Position numbers and translations under genes: made by a program | Notes under the pieces: generated by a model | The model's input: only the letters and a program-made list of their open reading frames with translations | Database searches by the model: none | Told to the model about the DNA's origin: nothing | Part shown: in pieces, positions 1 through 12,602 of the stretch | Layout of the letters: each line of letters begins with the position of its first letter | Numbering within the stretch: position 1 is the stretch's first letter | Source of the DNA: Azolla caroliniana | Taxonomy: Eukaryota; Plantae; Polypodiophyta | Assembly: GCA_043228905.1 (NCBI GenBank) | Contig: JBHGNT010000159.1 | Coordinates: 1 to 63,831, forward strand | Direction: 5' to 3' | Length of the DNA stretch: 63,831 bases

Positions 1-387
1 AATGCACTGCCTCATATTGTACTTTACCATTTTGTATTAAATCAAGAATAAAACATTGTTGACATAGATAGATATAGAGAGATAGAGATAGAGTGTTAGG
101 TTGAGACACACAAATTTAAGTAGATAAGCTAGATCAACTGAGGAAATGAAAAGCAGGTAATTATTGAATGATCGCTAATAGTTATTGAACGCTAGTATGA
201 TGCAATGCTTTATGTTTTTTCAAGTGCAACCCATTCATTGCATTTGAGTTCATCTTGGTTGTTTCATCGAACGACATGGCTAGCATACATCTTGGTTGGG
301 TCTCATGGGGCTCGCTTGGCATTATGTTGGTCACATTGCTTAGTAGATGATATGTTTGGGTGGTAAACTAAACTGCTACTTTGTTGG

Positions 388-1003
388 TGTTGAGATACAA
401 GCTCAACATTGGGTGCGTAAACCGGTGCAAACCAGTGCATAGATTGGGTTCGTAAACCGGGTGTGCAACGAGAGGCCGTAGCGGTGCGTAAACAGGGGGG
501 CCGTTGGATAATTTATTTGATGATCACTCGGCCGGATCTCAGTTACCCGGTCGGCCTGGTCAGTCAATTTATGTTGCAGCCCACGACCAAACACCTTCAA
601 TGTGTGCAACGGATATTGCGCTATGTCTGTGGCAATAAGGATAGGGTGCTGCTATATCAGACCGGTATTGCCAAATTGCTCGTCGGCTACTTGGAGTCTG
701 ATTGGGCCGAAAACGCTGGTGATCATAGATCCACATGCGATCTTAGATCCACATCTGGGTTCGCTTTCTTGCTTGGGAGCGCCGCGATCGCTTGGAGCAG
801 CAAGAAGCAGCCGACAATTGCACTGTTGAGCACGGAGCCTGATTATCGAGGTGCAGCTTCGCCATTTGGCTCAAGAGGCTACTCAAGGATCTGCAAGTGG
901 AGGTGTCCGCTCAGACGACGATCTACTGCGACAACCTCAACAACATCCAACTTGCGAAGAACCCTGTCTTCCACGCTCGGACCAAGCACATTGAGGTGCA
1001 CTG
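388..1003 (+). pseudogene. Internally deleted Ty1/copia remnant (F/G/H family): LTR 5' end fused directly to an RT-end/RNase H fragment
   Basis: Starts TGTTGAGATACAAGCTCAACA, like the H and F LTRs. From ~511 it encodes IYLMITRPDLSYPVGLVSQFM...SDWA...SGFAFLLGSAAIAWSSKKQPTIAL (ORF 463..1017), then a frameshifted NPVFHARTKHIEVH. Confidence 0.85.
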
Positions 1004-1138
1004 CATATGGGCTTTAAGACGTCCCATGTACATATGGACATAGAGAGTCTAATCATTATGGTGTCCTAGATAATATATAACAAAGTATCCAACCCACATG
1101 AGATCATTTGAGTTCAATTGACAAAACCCTCCCCCCTT
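1004..1138 (-). mobile_element. Possible PPT and start of a 3' LTR of an unidentified, decayed LTR element
   Basis: Minus strand reads CAAGGGGGGAGGGTTT (1138..1124) followed immediately by TGTCAATTG from 1123. No partner LTR was found. Confidence 0.4.
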
Positions 1139-1980
1139 GATGATAGAAGCATTGTTCCATCAATCCAAAACAATCACTAATATCACTAAACCCATACATA
1201 CTAGTTATGATTTAGTGACAATTCAGCTTTACCTGAAAATACTTCTCTTTGGCAAAAAGATCATACTTTACCGATTATACTTTTAAGCAAAGGATTATCT
1301 CTAAGATATGACATATAGCTCCAAGCATCCAAAACTTAGCCGTATGTCCACATTAGTATGTTACTATCATAACTCCACTAACGAAGGCCATGTAGAATTT
1401 TCATGAAATAGAGATTAGGTAAGGATAAGAGATTGACACCATTGAACCTTTCGAATTGCAGCACACTTTGAGTGTGTGCTATCTACTGCATAGCAACCAA
1501 GAAGAAATTCCCAGTCTTATGCCCTTATTGATGAATCCACACCATGAGTAATAAGATTTGAATTTCATATAGAATAATGTGGGTTAATCCTCTATTAGAG
1601 GTTTTATACTTTAACAACTTTTTGATTCTTTCACAAGTTGCCATAAAAAATACACCCCAAATGATCATTGCATCATGAAGACAATAGTGAGATAAATGAA
1701 AGGCTTACACTATGCTACATTGTGTAATTATTGTGGCTTAATGCATTCCTCCAGTCCTAAACTGAATCTTTCATGGGTAGCATCATCACCAAAACATGGT
1801 TTTTAAAGAATAGTCTTCCCAAATAAACCATGTCAAAAGAGCATAAATATGACAAAACATTCCTGGATTTCCATTGGCACCAAGAAAATATTGTTGTTGG
1901 GAACAAGATCATCAACTCATTTTAGCTAAAATTCTTTGGATGCCAAAATTTGGATCCGAATGAATTTACTACATCCCAAA

Positions 1981-2325
1981 CCCAATAAACCCTAAATCCC
2001 CCATCTCCCGTGGACGATCAAGAATCTAGATTCTTTTCTATTCTATCTAGTTCCAAAATTCATGTTATTGGCCACTCGAGAAAGATACAAGATCATCATC
2101 ATCGTTGTGATCATCATTCTCTTCATGATCGTGATCATGATCATCTCTTTCTCTCTAAGAAGCCCAAGAAACCCTAAATCCCCCATATCTCGTGGATGAT
2201 AAAGAATCTATTCTGTCTAATTTTAGAATTAATGTTATTGGCCACTCAAGAAAGATAGAAGACCATCATCATCATCATCATTGTGATCATCATCTTCTTC
2301 ATGATCATGATTGTGATCATCTCTC
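1981..2325. repeat. Degenerate ~180-bp tandem duplication with (ATC)n/GATCAT-rich tails
   Basis: AAACCCTAAATCCCCCAT...GTGGA..GATxAAGAATCTA...ATGTTATTGGCCACTC.AGAAAGATA occurs at ~1987 and again at ~2169. Confidence 0.8.
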
Positions 2326-2899
2326 TTTTTCATTCCGTAAAAAATGGCTTTCATTACGAAAGAAAAAACACCACCATGACTCTAAAGTATAGAACCCTTC
2401 TATCTAGGAATCTAAATACTACTCTACTATGACTTCAAACTCAATGCCACCCTATACACCAATTCAAATGATGAATATGATGATATGTGGCCCTACAAAG
2501 TTCTCTCTCTTCATGGTTGAGATTTCGTGACTTCTCTAGCACTATCAATTGCAACAAAAGAAGTCCTTTTAACTTTACAACATATTTTCTCACTCCAACT
2601 TGTGAATCAAAAGTGAAGGCGTTCCAGATATTCCAATTGAACCATAGCCCCCAATACCCGAAGAACTCAAAAATAATTTGGAAACAAGGCATCAGTTCAT
2701 TGTTCTCCATATGTGCAAAAACCTAACTAAAGGAAGATAGACTTACTCCAGTTAGAGATATCCACACTAAATTGACATCCCTTTCAGAATTAATGATGTT
2801 CCACCTCTTAGCTTCAATTGTCATGTTTCCAAGCTTAATTCTTGTATTCTCTATAAAGTATGCCACCATTTCTGTCCAAGGTTATACACCCTCAAACAT

Positions 2900-3817
2900 T
2901 GTTGGGAGACAGGTCCCTCCGGATGGGAAGGGAGAAGAACAGTGCTGATGAACAAACCCGGCCGAGGCCAAAACCGTATGACGAGTACCCGGCTACGGAG
3001 AGCCGGATGGTGCAGACCCGGTGAGAACCGGATGAAGAGTACCCGGCTACGGAGAGCCGGATGGTGCAGACCCGGTGAGAACCGGATGAGGAGTACCCGG
3101 TTACGGAGAGCCGGATGGTGCAGACCCAGTGAGAACCGGATGAAGAGTACCCGGCTACGAAGAGCCGGATGGTGCAGACCCGGTGAGAACCGGATGAGGA
3201 GTACCCGGTTACGGAGAGCCGGATGGTGCAGACCCGATGAGAACCGGATGAGGAGTACCCGGTTACGGAGAGCCGGATGGTGCAGACCCGATGAGAACCG
3301 GATGAGGAGTACCCGGCTACGGAGAGCCGGATGGTGCAGACCCGGTGAGGAATGCTCACCGGATGAAGAGACATATTCGTAAATATGTTTCTGAGAGTCC
3401 ATCGAGGCTATATTTGTAAATAGCCGAAAAGTCATATTAGTATAAATATGACTTAGGTCAAACTTTTAGACTACTGTTGTTGTCATTCTTGTTGGTGCAA
3501 GAAAAGAGAGAGCGCGTAACTGTGTACAGAGAGAGAGAGAGAGAAAGAGGTCGTTGCCTCTGTTGTAACCGCCGCCTGTGGCGAGGATTGTGAGCACGAG
3601 GTCGTTGCCTCCGTGAACTCACTATTGTACATTCTAACATAGTGATAGTTTGCAGCCTGTGGGCTGCCGTGGTTTTTCCCTTAGTTTGGGTTTTACATGT
3701 AAACATCATGCGTACTCCTCTCTTCTTCGTGTCATGCTTTATTTCCCGTTTTCTGTGTATGATTCTAAGCTCGGTTGTGGCCGAGCGTTGCGTATAGGGA
3801 GCGTTTAGTTCCTGTCA
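2900..3817 (+). mobile_element. Solo LTR, copia family B, with 5-bp TSD AACAT
   Basis: TGTTGGGAG...TTCCTGTCA termini; AACAT at 2895-2899 and 3818-3822; homologous to the reverse complement of the LTR at 7596..8404. Confidence 0.95.
2975..3352 (+). repeat. Minisatellite inside LTR U3, 7 x 54 bp
   Basis: Unit CGGATGAGGAGTACCCGGCTACGGAGAGCCGGATGGTGCAGACCCGGTGAGAAC, visible as 18-aa repeats in three ORF frames. Confidence 0.95.
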
Positions 3818-4219
3818 AACATAAACCTAATGAAAGTAAATCGACGAGCCACCATATGCTCATATAAATTCAATATTGATGCTCCGCCAAGATGCTTCAG
3901 CGTACAAACATGATCCCATTCCAACCATGACAAGACACTTTTCCCTTTTCTTTTCCATAACAACAAATTTCGCATTGAGTGTGACACCATTTCAAGAGCT
4001 TTCTTCGACCATGGTAGCAGAGGAAGATAATAAGAAACCATAGAGACCATAATCGATTGGACCACCTTAAGTCGTAGATGAAAAGGCCAGAATTGAGACC
4101 TCTAATACATAAATTTATCCGCCAACCTTTTGGATACCCACTCAATAAGTTTCACATGAGAAACTTCCACCCTAATTGGATATCCAAGGTGACGTCAAAT
4201 GATACCATGATGTACTATT

Positions 4220-7200
4220 TGTTAGCCGGTCGGCTACCCGAGGTATAAAAGTCGACAAGGGAGTCAGAGTCGGGGTTGGAGTCGGAAGAGTATGAAAGGA
4301 CATAATTCAAAATGTAATTTTTCCAAGTATAAAAAAATATAGTAATTTAGGAAATAAGACAATTTTGTATAGTTGTAGGTTCTTGCCGAACATGAAAGTG
4401 TATCATCTTGGAAAAAACTCTCAGGTCACCTATAAAAAGGGACCGAGAGCATTGTACTATCATCGTTCTGTTTTGGTTTTAATATAGTTTTTGTAGTTAG
4501 AGTATTTCTGCGTCGACTATTCTGTCATTCTTTATCTAGCTATTTACTATATTGAATATTTGAATTATTCTATGCTACACTGATTATGTTATACTAACAG
4601 TCGATCAGGATTGTATGTTCTAGTTCTAAGTAATTAGGCTCTAAGTGACCATTGTTTTACATAAAGTTCTGAGTAGTGTTGACACATGCCATCTCTCCAA
4701 CCACAATCGTCTTGATAGAATGTTCTCAGTAGTAAGACGTTCGACCTATTGTGTCTGTCGACTGTCGGTAGAGCAACACAATATTTTGGCACGCTTGGTT
4801 ACATTTGCTACGAGTAGAGAACAAGGAGAATGGATGTTGGCTAGTCGATTCAATATAGACCAACCTGTTGAAAGAAGAAGACCACACACTAGATCAGACA
4901 ATTGTTGTGTAGAAAGGGGTAGTTCTGATAGTTCGGAGTTTGCTGAACAAACCCAACAAGAAGTTGAAGGGGAATTGAGGGTACTTCTCGATTTAACTAC
5001 AGATAGTAGTTCGGATGAGGAGCAGTTCGACCAGAGTTACTTAGTCAAACATTGTGAGGAGGATACAATGCTGTATCCCTATCCTAAATACAATCATGAA
5101 GCAGACGTGGAGGCTCATGTGCGTGCTTTTCTTACAACATGGCAGGCTAACCATGTGTCGCAGAGATTGTCGGAAGCGAATGCTAACAAATAAAAATTTG
5201 CCGAATTTGGATTGTCATTGGAAGGGCAATTAGCAAATTGGTACTCACAACATGAGGTGGGTGAGTTCGAATCCTTTAAACAATTTACTGCCAAGTTTAT
5301 CAGGTTATTCCACCGACATGTTCCAAAAAGGGAACTTATGAGCCAATTCTATGCGGCTTATCAAGAAGCGCATGAAACTGTTCCACAATTCATCATTTGG
5401 TTTCAAAACCTTCGGAGATAGTTAGCAAGAACTCTTCCGGAAGAGGATGTGAAGGAAAGTTTCTTGTCGGCACTACGAGAGCCGCTTCGAACGACACTAG
5501 CCGTGTTCGACTTTAAGGATCAAACACTGGAGCAAATAATCGATAAAGCACTGATCATGGACAAGACCTAGACCAGTAATAGTATGTCAATGGCATCGTT
5601 ACAAAGGTCTCTACCAACATTGGAAGAAGTATAGTTTCGGAAAGCAATTCAATACATACGACATGCCTCAATCTAGGGCATTCTACAATTAATTGCACCT
5701 TATGCACACATTGTGTGATCTGTCATTCCAAGGCACATACGATTGACCAGTGTGAGTATAATCTGCTAAATAAGGTCGCCGCTCTAGTGAGGCAGATACA
5801 ACCTCATGGCACCGCCAAGATGATAGGAATCTGTTGATGCACTGGTTTCACGATGATGATAGGCCAAGATATGATGATCACTACCAGTCGGATCGAAATC
5901 GACAAGGCAATTATCTACGAGATGAGCGATACAATGATTATTGGCGAGAAGATGACCAACAAGATGAGTATAGGAGGGATAGTCGTAACAGTTACGACCG
6001 TGACTATTCACCCCGTCAAGATAGAAATGATCGTCGCCCTTATAGAGGTAATCAATATCATGATGATAGAAGGTCCTACGTTCAAAGGAGAAATGAAGAC
6101 AATCGACCCCATAATCATCGATTTCAGAATGATAGACGGAATGATAACAGAAGACCCAAGGTATCCCGACAATTTCAGTATAATTCCAAAGGTTGAGATG
6201 AGCCGAAACTATAGGATGTTCGGCAATCGCATAATGAGAACAACGAATCCAGTGAGCTGTCAATGTTGAATTGCTATATTTGTAGGAAAGATGGGCATTA
6301 TGCAAATCAATGTCCAACGAAAGACAAAGGTAAGGCTCCAATAGTCAATATGGTAATTGCAGAGGTTCAACAAGTCACCACCTGGAGCAAAGCCAAACAA
6401 TCTAAGTGGCATATACAGGAAGCAGTTCGGAAAGTAGGGAAGGAATGGGTCGAGGAAGCTAACAACAACAATGTCACTAGGATGCTGCAGGAGAGTAATG
6501 CCTCGAATGTCACATCTGACAAGTAAGGAAGTCGACAAGAGGAGCTACTGACTGAAACACCTGACGAGGATGAAGAATGGAAAGTCTTGACGGACAACCA
6601 TGTATCATTACGACTAATAGGGTTATTAAAATTAGTTCCTCAATTCACAGAAAAGGTCACCCACATCATTGCGAGAAATGAGTCAGAACAGGTGTCGGTA
6701 AATTTTACGAACCTAGTGAAGGGACCGACAATTATGGACGAGCAAAACCCAAAAATCAAGGTAATTATTCAAGGTCAAGAAGTTTCGGGTAGTATCTTAG
6801 ATGGAGGATTTGAGGTAAATTTGATTAATAAGGTCACTTGGGATCGTCTCGATATCACAAAATGGGAGCCATGTCCATTTTGGTTATGAATGGCAGATAC
6901 CGGTACTGTTTGACCAATAGGGCTCATTCGACAACTTTATATCATCATTGGTGGCCATAGTTTCCAAATATCGGTGGTCATTCTACATTTGGTGGCACCG
7001 GGAGCTTACCCTTTGCTATTGGGCGGACCATGGCTTAGAACTGCGAGCATCAAACAGAATTAGCAGAAGAATCTTCTAACATTTCGGAAGGGCAAAATAA
7101 AGATCAAAGTTTTGACTCAGGAGAAGGTAGCAACAACACGAGAATTATATGCTGAATTTGTCAATATGATGGGGAAGAGAATCAATATTTTGATGAAAAT

Positions 7201-7595
7201 CCGAAGATAATTCCCTTATTTGAAATTGACGTAGTCGAAATCATCAAGCCATATCTCGGAAATGAAGACAAGGAGGTTGATGTTCCGGTTGATGATAAAA
7301 CTCTAATGGAGTTATGTCATCAATAGGAAGCCATGGAAAAAGAAATGCAGGTATCACGACAAGTGCAAGCTTCTTCACTCGAGGAATTAAATCTGGCGGA
7401 CGATGATGGAGAACCCAAAACAATGCTAATTGCAAAGGAAATGCAGTCGGCTGACAAGACCAGGCTCACAAAGATACTACGCCAGTATAGAGATGTGTTT
7501 GCATGGTCATTTGAGAATATGAAAGGACTAGATCCGACGTTCTGTCAGCATAAGATCAACCTCCATAAAGATGTGAAGCCAGTGCAACAACGACG
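4220..7595 (+). mobile_element. Ty3/gypsy element A (non-chromovirus, same clade as D/E), 3'-truncated by copia B
   Basis: LTR starts TGTTAGCCGG at 4220 and ends ~4780, followed by TTTTGGCACGC (PBS-like). Decayed gag-pol follows, breaking at KPVQQRR where the B LTR begins. Confidence 0.85.
4832..7595 (+). pseudogene. Element A gag-protease-RT start, many stops and frameshifts
   Basis: YPYPKYNHEADVEAHV, CYICRKDGHYANQC knuckle, ILDGGFEVNLI protease and YRDVFAWSFENMKGLDP; colinear with ORF 31265..36361. Confidence 0.9.
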
Positions 7596-8404
7596 TGTCA
7601 GGAACTACATGCTCCCGATGAACAACGTTCGGCCACAACCAAGCTTAGACTCAAACACAGAAAAATGGGAATGAATGCATGACACAATGGAGAGAAGAGT
7701 ACACAGGATGTTTACGTGGAAAACCCAAACATGGGAAAAACCACGGTAGTCCACTGACTGCTAACTATCACTATGTAACAAAATACAATAGATGAACACA
7801 GAGGCAACAACCTCTTGTTCACTGTCTTCGCCACAGGCGGTGGTTACAACAGAGATACGAACTCTTCGTCTCTCTCTCTCTCTCTCTCTCTCTCTGTACA
7901 CTGTTGCGCTCTAATCTTGCGCCAACAAGAATGACAACAACCACTTCCTCTAAGTTTGCCCTAAGTCATATTTATACTAATATGAATTTTTGGCTATTTA
8001 CAAATATAGCCCCGATGGACTGTCAGAAAACATATTTACGAATATGTCCTTTCATCCGGTGAGCACTTCTCACCGGGCCTTCACCATCCAGCTCTTGCCG
8101 GGTACTTGTCATCCGGTTCTCACCAGGTCCTCCGTAGCCGGGTACTCGTCATCCAGTTCTCACCGGGTCCTCCGTAGCCGGGTACTCGTCATCTGGTTCT
8201 CACCGGGTCTTCCGTAGCCGGGTACTCGTCATCCGGTTCTCACTGGGTCCTCCATAGTCGGGTACTCGTCATCTGGTTCTCACCGGGTCCTCCGTAGCTG
8301 GGTACTCGTCATCCGGTTTCGGCCGAGGCCTATCGGCCGAGGCCGAGTTTGCTCATCAGTACTGTTCTTCTCACTTCCCATCCAGAGGGAACTATTTCCT
8401 AACA
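7596..8404 (-). repeat. 3' LTR of copia B, containing a 5 x 40-bp minisatellite (8113..8312) and (CT)n
   Basis: TGTTAGGAA...CCTGACA on the minus strand; unit CCGGTTCTCACCGGGTCCTCCGTAGCCGGGTACTCGTCAT. Confidence 0.93.
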
Positions 8405-8414
8405 AACTCCCCCT

Positions 8415-10939
8415 TCACTCCGGCATGGGATGTCTTACTAGTCCGATCCGCTTCCGGCATGCATCCAGCTTGTCAAGTATCAGTACTTTGGTCAACATAT
8501 CTGACCCGTTCTCGGCCGTGTGGATCTTCGTCAGCGTGAACTCCTGGTCATCTACTCTTTCCCGGATCCAGTGATACCTTCGCTGGATATGCTTCGTCCG
8601 GGAATGGTAGGCTGCATTCTTAGCAAGGTGGATGGCACTTTGACTGTCGCAATAGAGCCGGTATTCATCTTGCCGGATACTGAGCTCTCCGATGAAGTCC
8701 TTCATCCATAATATTTCCTTCCTGGCTTCCACATCTGCCATGTACTCCGCCTCCGTGGTTGACAACACAACCGTCTTCTACAGCCTCGACTGCCACGAAA
8801 CAGCTCCCCCTGCATATGTCATTACATACCCGGATGTAGACCGGCTGGTATCCACATTAGCCGACATGTCCGAATCGGTAAAACCATCAAGTTGAGGTTT
8901 TCAAGAGCCGAATCGGAGACACATATTTGAAGTGCCCTTCAAGTACCGGAGTATCCATTTGACCGTGTTCCAGTGCTCCTTGTTGGGATTGCTCATAAAC
9001 CGGCTCACCACTCCGACTGCGTATCCTATATCCGGTTGGGTACACACCATTGCGAACATTAAGCTCCCGACGACAGAGGCATATGGAACCTTAATCATAT
9101 CAACCTTCTCTGCTTTCGTCTTCGGGCTTTGCTTATCGGATAATCTGCAGTTTGCCGGGAGTGTCGATCCAACCGGTTTCGCTTCTAACATGTTGAACCG
9201 CTGAAGCACCTTTGTCACGTATTTCTCCTGTGACAGCCACAGTTGCTTCGTTGGCCGGTTCCGGATGATATGCATCCCCAGCATCTGTCTTGCCGGACCC
9301 AAGTCTTTCATCGCGAAAGTTCGGTTGAGAGCCTTCTTTAGCATCCGTATTTTGGCTTGGTTCCGTCCGACGATCAACATGTCGTCCACGTACAAAAGGA
9401 GTATCAGGAAGTCGCCTCCTTCGAACTTCTTCACAAACATGCAGTGATCGGCCTGCGTCTTGTGGTACCCTTGATCGGCCATGAAGGAGTCGAACTTCCG
9501 GTACCATTGTCGAGGAGCCTGCTTCAGTCCGTACAGGCTCTTCTTCAACCGACAAACTAGGTGCTCTTTCCCTTTCTCCACGAATCCTTCCAGTTGCTGC
9601 ATGTAGATCTCCTCTTCGAGGTCACCGTGAAGGAATGCCGTGTTCACGTCCAACTGCTCTACCTCGAGGTTCATGCTTGTCGCTATACTCATCACCGTCC
9701 GGATGGAGGTCATCTTTACTACCGGGGCAAATATCTCGTCGAAGTCCACACCCTTCTCCTTTTGGAACCCCTTCACCACGATCGTAGCTTTGTATCTCGG
9801 GGGGTTGCCGGCATCTCCCGGTTTCAACTTGTACACCCACTTGTTTCAGAGTGCCCGCTTTCCTTTCGGCAACTCCACCAATTCGTACGTATGGTTGTCA
9901 TGCAGGGAATCCATCTCATCCTGCATTGCACTTAACCATTTGCGGTTGTGGGTGTCATCCTTCGCTTCATCGAAGCTTTCTGGCTCCCCCTCATCGGTTA
10001 GCAGCACATGCTCTGCATCCGGAAATCTCCGGGGGGCCCTTCTCTCTCTGAGAGGATATCTCCGTCTTTGGGCTTCAATAACCGTCTCCTCCATTTGCTC
10101 TTCATCCGAATCCGATTCGGGGTCTTGGCCGGTTTCGGTTTCAGCTTCCTCTACTTCTTCTTCTGCCGGTTCGGTATCCTCATCGTTACCGGCTGGTTCC
10201 TCGAGTGCTAACCGGTCTCTTGCTGGTTGGGTTTGCTCATCGTAGAATCGATCCTTACCGGTCGACTCAGAGTTCATTATCTGTTTCTCTGACTCCCAAT
10301 CGGCGAGCGTCTTGTCCTCCATGAAGATAATATCTCGACTCCGGAATACCTTCTTGTTGACCAGGTCCCACACTCGGTAGCCGAACTCATCGTCGCCGTA
10401 ACCGAGGAATATGCATGGCCGGGTCTTCAGATCTAGTTTTCCTCTCCGGTCCTTAGCTACATGCACATACACAAGACACCTGAATACCTTCGGATGCCGG
10501 TAGGACACTTCCTTACCGGTCCAGACTCTCTGTGGTGTGTCTTCGTCCAAGGGTACTGAGGGTGATCTGTTTATCACATATGTCGCCACTGACAGTGCCT
10601 CCACCCAAAACATCTTGGGTAGTTTTGCATGCGCTAGCATACTCTGGACCCTCTCCGTTATGGTCCGGTTCATCCTCTCGGCCAACCCGTTTAGTTCCGG
10701 CGTCTTCGGCACGGTAAATTCGAGCCAGATTCCCTTCGAGCGACAATACTCCTCGAACTGCCCCCGGTATTCACCTCCGTTATCTGCTCGAACCGCCTTC
10801 AGCTTCCGACCGGTTTCTCTTTCCACTCTCGCGTTGAGCTCTTTGAAGACGGATAACACCTGATCCTTCGTCTTCAACGGTCTGACCCACAGCTTCCGGC
10901 TGTGGTCATCTATGAACGTCATGAAGTACTGTGATCCGG
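8415..10939 (-). pseudogene. Copia B pol: integrase (9846..10922), RT (8901..9836), RNase H (8415..~8900)
   Basis: TFIDDHSRK, RADNGGEY, PELNGLAERMN; QLDVNTAFLHG, LLYVDDML; LSTTEAEY, YCDSQSAIHLAKN, SRTKHI. Interrupted by stops. Confidence 0.95.
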
Positions 10940-10998
10940 TGTCGCGTTGTTACGCGTGTGTGTGTAGAAAGAGGCGGGACCACGGGGGTCTCGGACCA

Positions 10999-11047
<49 letters not shown>

Positions 11048-12602
11048 GTACACAGAGAGAGATTAAGAGCAAGGAAAACAGGAACCTGATTACTATAGTC
11101 AATAGCTTACAACCGACAACCCGGTAATGGACCCGACATGGGGTCCTACTCACGCACACCGACGACAGCCGCACGACTCGAAGAAACAAAAGGGGAAAGG
11201 GGAAGGAGAGAGACTCTGCTGGAAGCACACAGGCTGTCCACGAAGCAGAGGCAACGAACTCCCGACACCCGCAGAGAACGACGATTTGAGGAGAGAGAGA
11301 GCCCGACACTCGGTTTTGCAGGAGCACTTCGTCCTCGCCAACACGCGATCTTTTCTCTCCCCTCTCTCCTCTCGTTAAATAGTTCCCAAAAGGGGGTGCC
11401 CTTTCTCCCTAGTCAAATCACTTTATTCCCTATCCCTTATGACAGAGATATGCACAATCCCCTAATAAATGTGTACTACTTAGTATTTACATCAGCCGAT
11501 CCATTTATGAATCATGTACAAAATATCAAAATATCAATTCATGCGCCCATCCGTGTAAGAGCCGGTTCCTGCGCCTTTTTCTCCGATTCCGCATATGCCC
11601 AGTTTTCTTCACGACATTCACCCCCACCAAACCGTGCATCCACCGGCATGTGCCAGAGACGGGTAGATACCGAAGAAAACCGGCTTCACTCGTCGTTCTC
11701 CGATTCTCAGTCGGGCCCAAACTGATAGTCATTGTCGCTCCCGCTTGCAGGCTCCGGCTTGTCTTCGAACCGCTTCTTGAACACTTTGATCCGCTTCCCA
11801 GCCACCGGCACCGCTAACTGTGTCCCGTCAAGTTCCGCGAGGTGGTACGTGCCGTTGTCATTCGCGCTCGTCACCGTGTAGGGCCCGAACCATCTCCTAG
11901 CGAACTTTCGCACCGCCTTGTGCTGATTGTCGAGGATGCTGTCGTATACCAAGACCCAGTCGCCTTCCTCGATCTTCTTGGGTCGCAACCAGTGCGTCCG
12001 GTTGAACCGGCTCATGTTCCGCTCCCTTGCCACTCACAGTTTTTTCTTCGCCCGTTTCACGTCCTCCATCCTCCGCTCGAGTTGCCGAATCCGCGCCGCC
12101 AACAACTCCTCTCGTCTCATTTCGTCCTTCCAATCTACCGCCGCCCATGAAGAAACCGTCCGTTCCACCGGCATGATCGGCTCTTGTCCGTGCATCAGCT
12201 TTGCCGGCGTAAACCTTGTCACCGAACTGTGCGTAGTTCGGTCTGCCCATAGTGCGTAAGGAAGGAGCCGCAGCCAATTCCCGACCTGCCCTCTGCATGC
12301 ACGCACCAATGCCTTTACGATCGGCCCGTGCCCATGTTCTACCTTTCCGTTCACCTCCGGATTGTACGCCTTAGTGAGGGAGAGTTTGACGCCTAGCCGG
12401 TCGAACAACTGCTCAACTTCCCGCGTATCCAGCTATCCCCGGTCTGCCACGATCCTCCCGACGCACCCGTATCGACACACTACCTCTTCGATCAGGAACC
12501 GGCATACCGCTGCGGTTGTCTTGTTCTGCAGTGCACAACCTTCCACCTGGTTCGTTAAGTCTTCTCGCGCAAGCACCAGGTATCACATCTATCCTACTCC
12601 CA
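10940..12602 (-). mobile_element. Gypsy family C copy C1: integrase C-terminus, PPT and 3' LTR (10940..11616)
   Basis: Closely matches the reverse complement of 42140..43772 (AYNPEVNGKVE, RRWFGPY; PPT GGTTTGGTGGGGGTGAA; LTR TGTCGTGAAG...AACGCGACA). Confidence 0.93.

Larger units (their letters stand above)
2441..4219 (-). pseudogene. L1-type LINE ORF2 3' remnant (post-RT region), split by the solo LTR at 2900..3817
   Basis: Minus-strand translation gives HLGYPI..., YYLPLLPWSKKALEMVSHSMRNLLLWKRKGKSVLSWLEWDHVCTLKHLGGASILNL (3805..4065) and a C-terminal YWGLWFNWNIWNAFTF (2441..2710). These match the plant L1 YLGLP, NFLW..W..VC.PK..GGLG and W.IW..RN...F motifs. Confidence 0.75.
7596..10939 (-). 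mobile_element. Ty1/copia element B (Tnt1/Tork-like), 5'-truncated by C1
   Basis: 3' LTR 7596..8404; PPT AGGGGGAGTT at 8414..8405; IN-RT-RH domain order. Confidence 0.95.

Noticed and set aside
1140-1980. Host gene or coding remnant
   Set aside because: AT-rich, no ORF of 60 aa or more and no motif recognised on either strand; left unassigned.
2192-2392. His-rich metal-binding peptide
   Set aside because: It arises from (CAT)n/GATCAT simple repeats in a duplicated non-coding stretch, has a GTG start and no gene context.
2851-3435. Three overlapping repeat-protein ORFs
   Set aside because: They are by-products of a stop-free 54-bp minisatellite inside an LTR; the sister LTR has a 40-bp unit that breaks frame.
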